DNA of 64,000 nucleotides from Alphaproteobacteria bacterium (GCA_964291395.2 OZ219856.1:480001-544000); one strand, 5' to 3'. Counted from the first letter of the stretch, positions 1 to 10,756 are shown. Numbers and translations: made by a program. Notes: generated by a model not told the origin, from the sequence alone.

Positions 1-1
1 C

Positions 2-169
2 CCGCCCTATGGCATGGCCGGCGGCGAGCCCGGTAAGACCGGGCACAACTATGTGGAGCGCGCTGACGGCACGGTGGACGAGCTGTCCGGCACCGACAAG
101 GCCGACATGTACCCGGGGGACGTCTTCGTCATCGAGACTCCCGGGGGCGGAGGCTACGGCAGGACGTGA
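2..169 (+). CDS. Hydantoinase B / 5-oxoprolinase family protein, C-terminal end (partial)
   Basis: Manual translation of frame 2: PPYGMAGGEPG...GDVFVIETPGGGGYGRT*. TPGGGGYG is the family's C-terminal signature. Confidence 0.85.
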   Translation, partial: PPYGMAGGEPGKTGHNYVERADGTVDELSGTDKADMYPGDVFVIETPGGGGYGRT

Positions 170-211
170 CCGCGATGCCGATGCAGGACCACGAACGACG
201 TTCCGGCCGGC

Positions 212-1165
212 TCAGGATTTCTTCAGTCGCGGGATGATCTCCTTGGCGATGATCTCGACCTGCTCGATCTCATACCGGTAGGGCACGAAGATAATCCTCT
301 GCACGCCGACGTCGATATGGGCCTGTAACTGTTCGACGCATTCTTCGACCGAACCCATGATTGCACTTTCCGGGGTCGAGTCGCTCCACGAGGCGAAGTC
401 CCACTCGGTGCGTAGCCACTGGTCCATCGGCCCCGCCACCTCTTCGCGCTTGCCGATCATGATCGGCAGCTGGTTGCAGTTCTCGAGCGAATCCGGGTCC
501 TTGCCGGCCTCTTCGGCAAAGGCGCGGACCTTGTTCCAGGATTCGGTGAAGCCTTCCGGCGTGTAGAAGTAGGTGAGCCAGCCATCCCCGGCCACAGCGG
601 CGCGCTTGAGGACGCGGTCGACGTAGCCGCCGATCAAGATGGTCGGCCGGGGGGTTTGCACCGGTTTGGGAAACATCACGGAGTTGCGCAGGTTGTGCGG
701 CGGGTATTCCCCCCTGACCATGTCCTCCTGCCACAGCCGGGTCATGATCTCGAGGTTCCGATCCATGATCTTGCCGCGCTTCGTGAAATCGATGCCGACG
801 GCGTCGAACTCCCGCTTGTACCAGCCCGAGGCCATGCCCAGGACGAGGCGGCCGTTCGAGATTTGATCGATGCTCGAGAGCTGCTTGGCGAGCACGAGGG
901 GATTGCGCAACGGCAGCACCAGGATGCCCGTGCCCAGCTTGATGGTCGAGGTGCGCGCGGCCACGGCGGTCAGCAGGGACAACGATTCGATTATCGGGAA
1001 GTGGGGATCGACGCCCAGCAGGATGTGGTCCCAGACCCAGACCGATTCGTAGCCCAACTCCTCCATGCGGACGCCGTACTCGATCAACGCCCCGGCATCG
1101 GGAAGCTCGGGGTAAGCTTGAAAGTTCCGCATGGCGATGCCGAAGGTCGTCGCATGTTCCGCCAT
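212..1165 (-). CDS. LLM-class flavin-dependent oxidoreductase
   Basis: 317 aa ORF with GYESVWVWDH, IKLGTGILVLPLRNP, SNGRLVLG and PKPVQ motifs. Confidence 0.9.
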   Translation of the reverse strand: MAEHATTFGIAMRNFQAYPELPDAGALIEYGVRMEELGYESVWVWDHILLGVDPHFPIIESLSLLTAVAARTSTIKLGTGILVLPLRNPLVLAKQLSSIDQISNGRLVLGMASGWYKREFDAVGIDFTKRGKIMDRNLEIMTRLWQEDMVRGEYPPHNLRNSVMFPKPVQTPRPTILIGGYVDRVLKRAAVAGDGWLTYFYTPEGFTESWNKVRAFAEEAGKDPDSLENCNQLPIMIGKREEVAGPMDQWLRTEWDFASWSDSTPESAIMGSVEECVEQLQAHIDVGVQRIIFVPYRYEIEQVEIIAKEIIPRLKKS

Positions 1166-1223
1166 CTGCGCCTCCTGTTGATCTGGAAATATTGAACCAG
1201 TACCGGAAACCGGCCGGACCTAT

Positions 1224-1997
1224 TCAGGCCGTATAGAGGCGGTCGGGATCAAGCTCGTTCAGAACCGCCAGCTCGCTTGCGCTCGGCGGCTCGGTGGTTT
1301 TCGCTTCGGGATCGATCCAGATGTCGAAACCGGTGTTGTCCCGCACCTGCTCGGCCGTCACGCCGGGGTGCAGGGTCTCGACCTTCATGCGTTTGGTCAC
1401 CCCATCGAATGCCAGTATCGCCAAGTCCGTGACGACGCGGTACATGCCGCCGCTCACCAAGCCCGAGTCCCGGCGATGGGTCGTACCTTCGAGATAGCCC
1501 GGGCTGGTCACGAAATCGACCTTTTCCACGAAGCGGCGCTTCTCGTGCTTCATGGCGACGATCATCTGCGTCAGGCTGGAAATGTCGTTGCCGCCTCCGG
1601 TTCCGGGCAGTCGGATCGCCGGCGCGTCGGGATCGCCGATGAACGAGCTGTTGAGGTTGCCGTACTGGTCGATCTGCGCGCCGCCCATGAAGCCGACGTC
1701 GACGTAGCCGCGCTGCAACAGCAGGAGCACGTCGGTGATGCTGAGCAGCATGTTGGCGCGCTTGGTGCAGCGCTGCTCGTTGGTCGAGGGGGGCAGTTCG
1801 CCGGGAACCACGAAGGGGCCCAGGACGCCGCCTTCGAAGAGTATCGTCAGTCCGGGTCCGTGCAGCCGCTGGGCCAGGGTCGCGGCCAGGAGCGGGATAC
1901 CGACGCCGGCGAAGACGCACTGCCCGTCCACCAAAAGCCGTGCACTCATGACCGCGAGTAGCTCGGACGCCGTATAGCCGTTCCGTTCAATCATCAT
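1224..1997 (-). CDS. CoA-transferase beta subunit (glutaconate CoA-transferase-like)
   Basis: FAGVGIP, GFMGGAQIDQYGNLN and LPGTGGGNDI motifs; overlaps the alpha subunit gene. Confidence 0.88.
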   Translation of the reverse strand: MMIERNGYTASELLAVMSARLLVDGQCVFAGVGIPLLAATLAQRLHGPGLTILFEGGVLGPFVVPGELPPSTNEQRCTKRANMLLSITDVLLLLQRGYVDVGFMGGAQIDQYGNLNSSFIGDPDAPAIRLPGTGGGNDISSLTQMIVAMKHEKRRFVEKVDFVTSPGYLEGTTHRRDSGLVSGGMYRVVTDLAILAFDGVTKRMKVETLHPGVTAEQVRDNTGFDIWIDPEAKTTEPPSASELAVLNELDPDRLYTA

Positions 1998-2940
1998 AGA
2001 TGCTCCTGCCTCGCCGCGTGGCGTCGAGCATGTTGGAGATGCCCAGCAGGCCGAGATACTCGGACCAGCTTTCGGGGCCGTAATAGTAGCGCTCGAGGTA
2101 TTCCTTGGCGCCGGTCACCGGGTCCTCGCGAATCGACTCCGCGTACTGGTCCAGGTGCACGAAGAACGGCTCGTACATGCCATAGCATTCGTGCGGCGCG
2201 GAGCCATAGGGCACCTCGACGACCGCGTCGACGGTGAAAAAGGGAATCTTCGTCTGATCGGGCGCCCGGCGGATCTGATCGTTCGAGACGATCCGCTCGG
2301 TGGTCAGGATGACGCGGTTCGCCGCCATCGCGATGTCGGCATCCATGAACTGCAGGCCGTCGATCTGGGCGTTGCCGTAAGCATCGCAGCGCTGGACATG
2401 GATCAGGGCGACGTCCGGGTTGAGCGCCGGAAGCAGCATCAAGCGCTCGCCCGTGTAGGGACAGTCCAACTCCTCGACGTCCGGGAGTTGGCCCGCCACA
2501 CCCGAGCCCAGCATCGAGCGGGTCGGCATGAAGGGTATGCCCATGGCGCCGGCACGGAAGCGCAGGCCGATGGACATGTGGCTCCACTCCTCGAAACGGG
2601 CCTGTTTCGTTTCGGTGTAATGGCGCATGACCTTTGAAATGCCCCAGACGATGCCCTGGCTGAACCAGCTCGTCATGATGTGCTGGCTGACGCCGGAGAC
2701 GTACAGCAGGTCGCCCTCGGTGGAAACGATACTGCGGGAGATTTTGAGATTCTTCTTCTTCTCCCGGATCAGGGTCCGGATCATCGCCGTCGGCGTGCGC
2801 GAGAGGGTGCAACCGCCGAGTGCGACGTGATTTCCGTCGCTGACGAGAGATGCCGCCGCCTCCAGGGACATGACCTTCTCGCGCAGGCTGCGGTCCCGTG
2901 CGGCCGTTTTTTCTCTTAGGTTGAGGTAGGGTTGCACCAT
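1987..2940 (-). CDS. CoA-transferase alpha subunit
   Basis: AGAMGIPFMP, CPYTGE and PDVALIHVQRCDAYGN motifs; ATG at 2940 chosen to avoid overlap with the upstream gene. Confidence 0.88.
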   Translation of the reverse strand: MVQPYLNLREKTAARDRSLREKVMSLEAAASLVSDGNHVALGGCTLSRTPTAMIRTLIREKKKNLKISRSIVSTEGDLLYVSGVSQHIMTSWFSQGIVWGISKVMRHYTETKQARFEEWSHMSIGLRFRAGAMGIPFMPTRSMLGSGVAGQLPDVEELDCPYTGERLMLLPALNPDVALIHVQRCDAYGNAQIDGLQFMDADIAMAANRVILTTERIVSNDQIRRAPDQTKIPFFTVDAVVEVPYGSAPHECYGMYEPFFVHLDQYAESIREDPVTGAKEYLERYYYGPESWSEYLGLLGISNMLDATRRGRSIYDD

Positions 2941-2969
2941 CCACGTCGCTCCAGCTTGATGGGCCAAAC

Positions 2970-4472
2970 TCAGGTGGGCAGGTTGACTCCGGCCCTGCCG
3001 TTGAAATCCTCGATCAGCTGATCCCACAGCGAAAGAGCCGCGCGAAGGTCCTGCCAGGTCCGCTGATCTTTCCGTCTATCGAAGTCTTCGAGCGCGACGC
3101 CCTGCTGTTCGACCCAGGTATAGTAACCGAGGTTGAAGATACGGCTGCGGTCCTGGTGATCGAGCTCCAGGAAATGGTCGCCGCCGATGCCGGCAAGGTG
3201 CCGGCCGTAAACCTCGGCAGCAGTGACCTGGTCGAAGCCGTCGGGAAAGTGGTGCTGCGCCCATTTGTCGCGTTCCGAGGCGTAGAGCGCGGCGCTGTCC
3301 GTGGCGACCGTGACGATGACGTCCTTTTCCGAGAGATCCAGACGTCGCGCCAGCTTTATGGCCGCCAGCACGTTGGCGATGCTCGACAGGCCGAGGCTGC
3401 TCAGGCTGGCGACGAAGCCCGGGTCGAAGCCCTTCCGCCGTATCAGGAATTCGCGTCCCTCCGCGCTGTTGAACAGGACGTTCAGGGAATCGCAGCTCTC
3501 GCCCGAGACACCAACCACGAAATCGCAATTCATGACGTTCTGGATAAGCGGGATATGCTTGTCGCCGATCCCCTGAATGTTGTGCTCGCCATAACCGTTG
3601 TAGAGCATGGTCGGGCACTCCACCGGCTCGACCGCCGCTATCCGCGCGCCGCAGCGCTCCTTCAGGTAATCCCCGGCGCCCAGGGTCCCGGCAGAGCCGG
3701 TGCCGGCGACGAAGGCTGCCAGATCCAGATCCGGTTCCGTTTTGCGGAGATCCTCGAAGATCCGCTCGAGCGCTTGTCCGGTGCACAGATAATGGACCAG
3801 ATAGTTACCGAACTCCGAGAACTGATTGAGGATGACGTTCGCCTTGTCGCCCGCCAGTTCCCAGCACTTGTCGTAGATCTCCTTGACGTTGCTCTCGGAG
3901 CCGGGCGTACGCACGATGTCGTCCGGATGCATGACCCAGTTTTGAAGCCATTCGAAGCGCTCTCGGCTCATGCCCTCGGGCAGTACCGCGACCCCATGAC
4001 AGCCCAGGATGCGCGAGATGGCGATGCCGCCCCTGCAATAGTTGCCGGTCGAGGGCCAGACCGCGCGTTGGGTCGTGGGATCAAACTGGCCGGTGACGAT
4101 GCGCGGCGCCAGGGAGCCATAGGCGGCGAGCACTTTGTGTGCGCCAATCATGGGAAAGCGCTCGCCCAGTGCCACTGCGATCCGCGCTTTTACTCCGGTC
4201 AGTGATTCGGGAAGCAGCAGAAAGCCCGGCACCTCCGTCCGGCCCCGGCCGCCGGCGTCGTTGAACCAGTGAACGCGAAACAGGTTTGCCGCACTGGGTG
4301 CCAGCGGATCGACTGCCTCCAGCTGACACTTGATGGCGTCGGGGATTTTCGCAGGATCGGCCAGTTCGGCGAACCGGGGCAGCATCACCCCCCTTCCGCG
4401 AAGGTGTTTGACGGCCCGGTCGCGGACCGTTGCGTCGACAATCTCTGTTGAAAGGCCCAAGGTGGTCGTCAC
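2970..4472 (-). CDS. PLP-dependent fold-type II enzyme (extended cysteine synthase / TrpB-like family)
   Basis: GAHKV (PLP lysine), PSTGNY, GTGSAGT phosphate loop and HNIQGIG; about 500 aa; start uncertain. Confidence 0.85.
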   Translation of the reverse strand: MTTTLGLSTEIVDATVRDRAVKHLRGRGVMLPRFAELADPAKIPDAIKCQLEAVDPLAPSAANLFRVHWFNDAGGRGRTEVPGFLLLPESLTGVKARIAVALGERFPMIGAHKVLAAYGSLAPRIVTGQFDPTTQRAVWPSTGNYCRGGIAISRILGCHGVAVLPEGMSRERFEWLQNWVMHPDDIVRTPGSESNVKEIYDKCWELAGDKANVILNQFSEFGNYLVHYLCTGQALERIFEDLRKTEPDLDLAAFVAGTGSAGTLGAGDYLKERCGARIAAVEPVECPTMLYNGYGEHNIQGIGDKHIPLIQNVMNCDFVVGVSGESCDSLNVLFNSAEGREFLIRRKGFDPGFVASLSSLGLSSIANVLAAIKLARRLDLSEKDVIVTVATDSAALYASERDKWAQHHFPDGFDQVTAAEVYGRHLAGIGGDHFLELDHQDRSRIFNLGYYTWVEQQGVALEDFDRRKDQRTWQDLRAALSLWDQLIEDFNGRAGVNLPT

Positions 4473-4792
4473 TTCAGCCCCCAACGCCCGATGACAACGA
4501 ACACCTCGGCTATCGCCCGAAAAAACGGAATCTGTTTATCATCCTATCTTTAGTATCATACGCACTTTATATGGGTGATACAAGCGTTGGCCCTGGTCAT
4601 CTACGATTCCGGCTTTCGGTTGAGGCGGGTCGGCGGTGACGGGAGTACCGCCTGAATACGATGAGGTGTTGCTCGATCTCGCGCCCAGGCTGTGGAACAA
4701 GGCTGGAGATCGATTGCATGGGATATGGTAAACGGCAGGAAGACAGCTCTTGCAGCCGGTTTGGGAACAGATAGTCAGGAGGGAACACCAGC

Positions 4793-5444
4793 ATGCTTCT
4801 CGTCGGTCGATACACGTCGCCGTTCTCCAGGCGAGTTGCGGTGAGTCTTTGTTATCTGGGGTTCGAGTACGAGCACAAGCCGATCAACGCCTGGAGCAAC
4901 CTGACCGAGATGCGCAGCTACAACCCGGTAGGGCGGGTCCCGGCGCTGGTGCTCGACGACGGCGAGGTGCTGTTCGACAGCGGCGCCATCCTGGATTACC
5001 TCGACTTCCTGGTGGGTCCGGAACGGGCGCTGACCCCGCTCACGGAGCCCGAACGGCACGGCGTCATGCGCGTCATCGTCTGCGCCATGGGCGCGCTTGA
5101 GAAGATGGTGCACTCGGTCTACGAGGTCGCGATGCATCCGGAAGAAAAGGTGCACGAGCCCTGGATCGACCACAACCTGAGCCAGACCGAGTTGGCCCTT
5201 ACTCTGGCTCGATCAGATCGGCCAGACACCCTGGATGGCGGGGGAGCGCCTCACCCAGGCCGACATAACCACCACGGTCGTCGCCCAGTTCGCACTGGCG
5301 CGCTATCCCGAGCGCTTTCCGCCCGGCACCTTTGCCAGTCTGGACGCGCTCTGCGCCCGCGTCATGGAGCTGCCGGCCTGGCAGGAGACCATTCCCTCGC
5401 CGGAAGATGCCAACGTGAAGGTGAGCATTCCCACCGAGGGGTAG
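4793..5444 (+). CDS. Glutathione S-transferase, split by a +1 frameshift near 5201 (probably a sequence error)
   Basis: SPFSRRV, NPVGRVPAL and LFDSGAI in the first frame; WMAGERLTQADI in the second frame (5235-5444). Confidence 0.82.
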
Positions 5445-5928
5445 CGTTCCGGTTGCCTCGGGCCGGACGGTGCTCGAGCTCTACCTCGACGAAACGGAAC
5501 TCGCCGTCCTTGCCGGTGATCACGTCTTCTCGACGCCCGCCTCGAAGAGCGTGCCCTTACCGTTTGCAGCTCGGCACCGTTTGCAGCTTGGCGCGGGACT
5601 TTGCCTCACTCCGTCATCCCGGATGCGTGATCGCCGGTGCAATACGCGTTACTCTTCTCGGTGGATGCCGTCGCGCGTTTTTTCGCCCTGGGTACCGAGG
5701 AGATAAAATCTCTGTTCGATCAAACCGGATACGGCGGCAATTTGCGGCCCCGTCCGGCCGAAGCGGCGTAGAAGATTCGCGGTCACCTCGCGTCCTCCAC
5801 CGGGGAGACGGTTGGCGTCCGACCGGGGCGCAGGTCGCGTCTGCGATCGAAGCGCCGGCTTCGGCGAGGTCGCTCCGTCGCGGATGTACCGGGCGCCGGG
5901 CGGTCTGTTGCAGCGGAGGGCCGACGAT

Positions 5929-6966
5929 ATGATTTCCAGGTTGCTTGGACTTTTCTCTTCCGACATGGCGATCGATCTCGGCACCGCCAATACTCTCGTC
6001 TACGCCCGCGGCCGGGGTGTCGTCCTGAATGAACCGTCAGTGGTCGCTGTCGCCGATGAAAAAGGCAAGTCGCGAATCATTGCCGTTGGCGAACAGGCGA
6101 AACGCATGATCGGACGCACGCACGGAAATATCCGTGCCGTCCGGCCCATGCGAGGCGGCGTCATCGCGGACTTCGCGGTCGCCGGGGAATTGATCAAGCA
6201 TCTGATCCGCGAAATCCACAACAGAGGCCGCTTCACCAGCCCGCGGGTCGTTTTCACGGTACCCTCCGGCTCCACGGCCGTGGAACGCCGCTCGGTGCGC
6301 GAAGCCGCCGAGGCGGCCGGTGCCCGGCGCGTTTACCTGATCGAAGAGGCCATCGCTTCGGCGATCGGCGCCGGCCTGCCGGTCACGGAGGCGCGGGGCT
6401 CGATGATCGTGGACATCGGGGGCGGCACCACGGAAGTCGCCGTCCTGTCGCTCGGCAGCATCGTCAGCGCGCGGTCGGTGGACGTCGGCGGTCGTGTCAT
6501 GGACGAGGCGATCGTGGCGTGCGTCCGCCGCGCGCACAATGTGCTGATCGGCGATGCGAACGCCGAGGAGATCAAGCATGAAATCGGCGCGGCGAAAGCG
6601 CCGGGCCAGGGCGAAGGGCGTTCTCACGAGGTGCGTGGCCGCGATCTGATGAGCGGCGTGCCGTGCGCCCTGACGGTCAGCGAGCGGCAGATTGCGTCGG
6701 GCCTGGCGGAGCCCGTTGGAACCGTCGTCGAAACCGTGAAGACCGTGCTCGAACGCACGGCTCCGGAACTTGCCGCCGATATCGTGGACACGGGGATCGC
6801 GCTCACCGGAGGCGGCGCGCTCCTCGGAAGGATGGCCGATGTTCTGGAAGAGGCGACCGGTTTGTCGGTTGCGGTTGCCGAGGAGCCCCTTCTGTGCGGG
6901 GTCAGAGGTGCGGGCCGGGCCCTCGACGAGATGAGACGATTGAAGTCGGTGGTGGTGGGCACCTGA
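5929..6966 (+). CDS. mreB: Rod shape-determining protein MreB-family actin homologue (divergent, orphan)
   Basis: DMAIDLGTANT, EPSVVA, GVIADF, DIGGGTTE, AEEIK and LTGGGALL motifs; no mreC/mreD adjacent. Confidence 0.9.
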   Translation: MISRLLGLFSSDMAIDLGTANTLVYARGRGVVLNEPSVVAVADEKGKSRIIAVGEQAKRMIGRTHGNIRAVRPMRGGVIADFAVAGELIKHLIREIHNRGRFTSPRVVFTVPSGSTAVERRSVREAAEAAGARRVYLIEEAIASAIGAGLPVTEARGSMIVDIGGGTTEVAVLSLGSIVSARSVDVGGRVMDEAIVACVRRAHNVLIGDANAEEIKHEIGAAKAPGQGEGRSHEVRGRDLMSGVPCALTVSERQIASGLAEPVGTVVETVKTVLERTAPELAADIVDTGIALTGGGALLGRMADVLEEATGLSVAVAEEPLLCGVRGAGRALDEMRRLKSVVVGT

Positions 6967-7038
6967 CGGCGAATCCCGAACGGCGGGGGCTACGCCGGGT
7001 CCGACGACGACGCGTATGATGGCGCCGAGCGCGGGAAG

Positions 7039-8394
7039 GTGCGGATGAATCTGTTCAGCATGTTGGAAGACCGGGGGAAGGCGGGCCGTCCTGTTCGCGT
7101 GGGCCTCGTTGGCGCCGGAAAGTTCGGGACGATGTTTCTCGCGCAATTGCGGCGCATGGCTGGCGTTCACCTCATGGGTATCGCGGACCTGGAGGTGGAC
7201 CGCGCACGAGGCTCGCTGCGGCGGGCGGGGTGGACGGAACCCCAATACGCCGCGACCTCTGCCGGTGACGCATATCGAAACGGCACGACCTGGCTGACCG
7301 AGGACGCGAAAGACCTGATCGCGTCGGACGGGATCGAAGTCGTCGTCGAGGCGACCGGCAATCCCGCGGCGGGCGTGCGCCACGCGCGTTCCTGTTTTCG
7401 AAACGGTCGCCACGTCGTGATGGTCAACGTCGAGGCGGATGCGCTCGTCGGTGCCATGCTGGCGAGGGAGGCGAAGCGATCGGGAGTCGTGTATTCGCTC
7501 GCTTATGGCGATCAGCCCGCGCTGATATGCGAGATGGTCGACTGGGCGCGCGCCAGCGGATTCGAGGTCGTCGCCGCCGGCAAGGGAACCAAGTATCTAC
7601 CGGCCTATCACGAATCCACGCCACAAACCGTATGGGAGCATTACGGGTTTTCGCAGGAGCAGCTCCGAACGGGCGACTTCAACCCGCGGATGTTCAACTC
7701 GTTCCTGGACGGCACCAAGTCGGCCATCGAAATGGCGGCCGTGGCCAACGCGACGGGTCTCACCCCGCCGCGGGACGGCCTGGGCTTCCCACCGGCGGGC
7801 GTTGACGACCTCGCCAATGTCTGCCGCCCGGCGCGGGATGGCGGTGCGCTGCATGACCGTGGTGTCGTGGAGGTCGTTTCCTGTCTGAACCGTGACGGCA
7901 GCCCGGTAGCGCGGGATATCAGGATGGGGGTCTACGTGACGATCGAAGCGACATCGGAATACGTCCGGTCCTGTTTCTCGGAGTACGGCTTGGCGGTGGA
8001 CGATTCGGGTGCGTTCGCGGCGATGTACAAGCCGTTTCATCTCATCGGCCTGGAGTTGGGAATCTCGATCGCCTCCGTCGCGTTGCGCAACGAGCCCACC
8101 GGTCGGCCGTCGGCGTGGCGCGGAGACGTCGTGGCGGTGGCCAAGCGCGATCTCGCGTCGGCGGAAGTGCTCGATGCCGAAGGCGGATACACCGTATGGG
8201 GCAAGCTCGTGCCGACCGATGCGTCCCTGGCCCTGGGGGCGCTTCCCATCGGGCTTGCCGAAGGTGCCCGACTCGCGTCGCCGGTTTCGCGGGGCGACGT
8301 CGTTCGCTGGCAGGACGTCTCGTTGCGTTCCGAGTCCGAAGCATTGACGCTGCGACGCGAGATGGAGGCGGAGTTTCGACGGGGCGCCGCCTGA
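7039..8394 (+). CDS. NAD(P)-dependent oxidoreductase, homoserine-dehydrogenase-like with C-terminal SAF domain
   Basis: GAGKFG Rossmann motif, GDQP, DGTKSAIEM and C-terminal AKRDL...EGGYTVWG...LPIGL. Confidence 0.85.
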   Translation: MRMNLFSMLEDRGKAGRPVRVGLVGAGKFGTMFLAQLRRMAGVHLMGIADLEVDRARGSLRRAGWTEPQYAATSAGDAYRNGTTWLTEDAKDLIASDGIEVVVEATGNPAAGVRHARSCFRNGRHVVMVNVEADALVGAMLAREAKRSGVVYSLAYGDQPALICEMVDWARASGFEVVAAGKGTKYLPAYHESTPQTVWEHYGFSQEQLRTGDFNPRMFNSFLDGTKSAIEMAAVANATGLTPPRDGLGFPPAGVDDLANVCRPARDGGALHDRGVVEVVSCLNRDGSPVARDIRMGVYVTIEATSEYVRSCFSEYGLAVDDSGAFAAMYKPFHLIGLELGISIASVALRNEPTGRPSAWRGDVVAVAKRDLASAEVLDAEGGYTVWGKLVPTDASLALGALPIGLAEGARLASPVSRGDVVRWQDVSLRSESEALTLRREMEAEFRRGAA

Positions 8395-8447
8395 GGTCGG
8401 GAGCCGGCAAGACGGGCCGCCGCGACGCCGCTTCCCGGCCACGGCCT

Positions 8448-9128
8448 TCATGTCGCGCAGGTGAGACCCATTTCCCAAAAGCCCGCTTCCAGTCGGGTGG
8501 CCAGGCGAAAGGTCCTGGCCAGCTTCGGATATCGCGCGTCTGTCAGCCGCTCCCGCCCCAGCTTGTCGAGGTGGTCGCAGGCATCCTGTGCGACGCTCTG
8601 GTAGGCCTCTCCGGCGTATTCCTCGATCCACGGCCTGTACGGGTTTCCCTCCAGGATCGTTTCGGGATCGCCCATGATCTGCCGGGCGATCTCGGCGTAT
8701 CCGACGACACACGGCGACAGCGCAGTGTGCAAGTCGAGGGCGTCGCCCGCCGTTCCCGCCTCGAGAACGAATCGGGTGTAGGCCAGGTTGGCCGGGGCTT
8801 CGGGCGTGCTCTCGAGGTCCTGTGGCGAGAGGCCCCACCCCTCGCAGAACTTCACGTGCAGCGCCATCTCCGTGTCGAGTATGGCCGAGACCGCCGCCGA
8901 GGAATGTCGCATGTCCTCCAGCGTGTCCGCTTTGTACACGCCGAGGGCATAGGCGCGCGCAAAGTCGATCAGGAACAGATAGTCCTGAGCGAGATAGTGA
9001 CGAAAGGACGCTTCGGGCAGCGAGCCGATGGCCAGTTGCCGGACGAACTGATGCCGCGTATAGGCCTCCCATTCGTCCTGAGCGGACTGCTTCAGCCGCT
9101 GAAAAAGTGGTATCTGCGTTTCGGACAT
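8448..9128 (-). CDS. tenA: Thiaminase II / TenA family protein
   Basis: FRHYLAQDYLFL, PCVVGYAEI, NPYRPWIEEY and RLEAGFW motifs. Confidence 0.9.
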   Translation of the reverse strand: MSETQIPLFQRLKQSAQDEWEAYTRHQFVRQLAIGSLPEASFRHYLAQDYLFLIDFARAYALGVYKADTLEDMRHSSAAVSAILDTEMALHVKFCEGWGLSPQDLESTPEAPANLAYTRFVLEAGTAGDALDLHTALSPCVVGYAEIARQIMGDPETILEGNPYRPWIEEYAGEAYQSVAQDACDHLDKLGRERLTDARYPKLARTFRLATRLEAGFWEMGLTCAT

Positions 9129-9310
9129 CTCGCGCTCTCTCGGCTTCCTTTCCTGTCCGGAGGTGCGTCGACGGGGCCGGTTGACCCGCGCCGGTGCCAC
9201 GTCGCGGCGCCGCCGGTCAGTGTCCTTCAATACAGAGGGACTCGCCAGCCTGCCACCAATTTGTTGTAGGCTCCCGTCTGGATTGGAGCGAGGGGTTGGG
9301 AGAGGGAACC

Positions 9311-9739
9311 ATGTCGTATCGAGTCGCAGTCCTGTTGGTGGCTGGATTGTTTCTTTTTTTCGGGAACCAGAACCGCGTGTCGGCGGAGCCCGGGGGTATC
9401 GCCATTGAGCTGAACAAGGCCGAGACCGTACCCTCGGGATGCCGTCTCCATTTCGACGTGCATAACGCCACGGCCTTGGAATTCAAAGTCGTGAGTGCCG
9501 ATCTCGTGTTCTTTGATGCGGAAGGGGTCATGTCCGTGCGGTCGCTGGTCAGCTTCGGCCGGCTACACCCGAACAAGCGTCATTTCTACAGCTGGGAATT
9601 TCCCGACGTGGACTGCGGCAAGGTGAGTCGAATCCTCGTGAACGGCCTTCAGGAATGCCAGCACAACGGCGGTGAGTCGTTCGACTGCGTCACGGCTCTT
9701 TCCACGTCGCACAGGGGCGCAATCGAGCTTGTGAAGTAG
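9311..9739 (+). CDS. Secreted hypothetical protein (four-Cys periplasmic family)
   Basis: N-terminal signal peptide; IELNK...GCRL...DLVFFD pattern; RBS GAGGGA upstream. Confidence 0.7.
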   Translation: MSYRVAVLLVAGLFLFFGNQNRVSAEPGGIAIELNKAETVPSGCRLHFDVHNATALEFKVVSADLVFFDAEGVMSVRSLVSFGRLHPNKRHFYSWEFPDVDCGKVSRILVNGLQECQHNGGESFDCVTALSTSHRGAIELVK

Positions 9740-9769
9740 GTTCGCGGCGCCGGCCGCCTCCCGGTTCGG

Positions 9770-10711
9770 CTAATCGATCCCGGCGAACGCCGGGACGTGC
9801 CCGAGATCTTCATCCGCAGCCTGAAGGTTCTTGGCTGCGAAGGCGCGTGGATCGCGCGCCGACCACCTGCCCAGTTCGATGTCGGTGTAGAAGTCGTTCA
9901 GGACCCGATTGAACAACGCCGGTTCTTCGAGGTTGATGCCGTGGCCGCTGTTGGGAATGACGCAGAGAGAGCAGGTGGGGCTCGTCTTTTTCATGAACAC
10001 GCCCGGTGACAGGCACTGCCAGTCCTCGTCGCCCGTCATGACCATCATGGGCACGGACATGTTCCTGAGGTCTTCTTCGTGGTCGATCATGGACGGCCGG
10101 GGGGCGATTACTTCCCGCAGGCTGTGAGCGGAGCCGGTCGGATCGTGCTCGCGGAACTGGCGGTCGAATTCGATCCAGCCGCGGGGATCCTTGTTTGCCT
10201 GTTGGACGCGCGTTGCGCCGATGGTGTAGCGGGTGGCGGCCAGGGAATCCATGCCGTCCCGTTCATAGTCCGTGGCCATGCGGGTGACGTTGTCACGGTG
10301 AATCCGGCCCCATTCGCCTTCGGCGCCATAGCCGCAGCCGACGACCGTGATGGATCTGGCCCGGTTCGGGTGGCGGAGGGCGAAGAACAATGCCGTAAAG
10401 GAGCCCATCGAATAGCCGACGAGGTGCGCCTTCTCGATTCGCAGGTGGTCGAGCACCCTGCCGATGTCCTCCACCGAAATATCGAAGCCGTAGTACTCCG
10501 CTTCCTTGGGGCAGTCGGACGGCGGGAACCCCCGGGCGTTGAAGGTGACGATCCTGAAGCGTCGCGAGAGATAACGGGCCTGATGCTCCCAGCTTCGATA
10601 GTCGCCGCCAAACTCGTGCACAAAGACGATCGGCGCCCCCTCTCCCGTGTCCTCGTAGTAAAGCCTGACGTCCTCCGCCACGGGGACGAATCCGGTTCTG
10701 ATGTCCGACAT
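9770..10711 (-). CDS. Alpha/beta fold hydrolase
   Basis: FVHEFGG, GYSMG nucleophile elbow, GH catalytic His. Confidence 0.88.
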   Translation of the reverse strand: MSDIRTGFVPVAEDVRLYYEDTGEGAPIVFVHEFGGDYRSWEHQARYLSRRFRIVTFNARGFPPSDCPKEAEYYGFDISVEDIGRVLDHLRIEKAHLVGYSMGSFTALFFALRHPNRARSITVVGCGYGAEGEWGRIHRDNVTRMATDYERDGMDSLAATRYTIGATRVQQANKDPRGWIEFDRQFREHDPTGSAHSLREVIAPRPSMIDHEEDLRNMSVPMMVMTGDEDWQCLSPGVFMKKTSPTCSLCVIPNSGHGINLEEPALFNRVLNDFYTDIELGRWSARDPRAFAAKNLQAADEDLGHVPAFAGID

Positions 10712-10756
10712 GACTGATCCTCCTGCTCGCGCGGCTTGACTTGGCCGCGCTGGTTC

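Noticed and set aside
5445-5928. Small ORFs and a 12-bp direct repeat (CCGTTTGCAGCT) before mreB
   Set aside because: No recognisable protein or RNA motif; too short to separate from chance or local duplication.
5929-6966. MamK or magnetosome island
   Set aside because: The sequence has MreB-type motifs and N-terminal amphipathic helix, and no mam/mms genes are present.
9129-9310. TPP riboswitch upstream of tenA
   Set aside because: No conserved CTGAGA / CCTG.T...GCGTAGG-type core visible on the minus strand.
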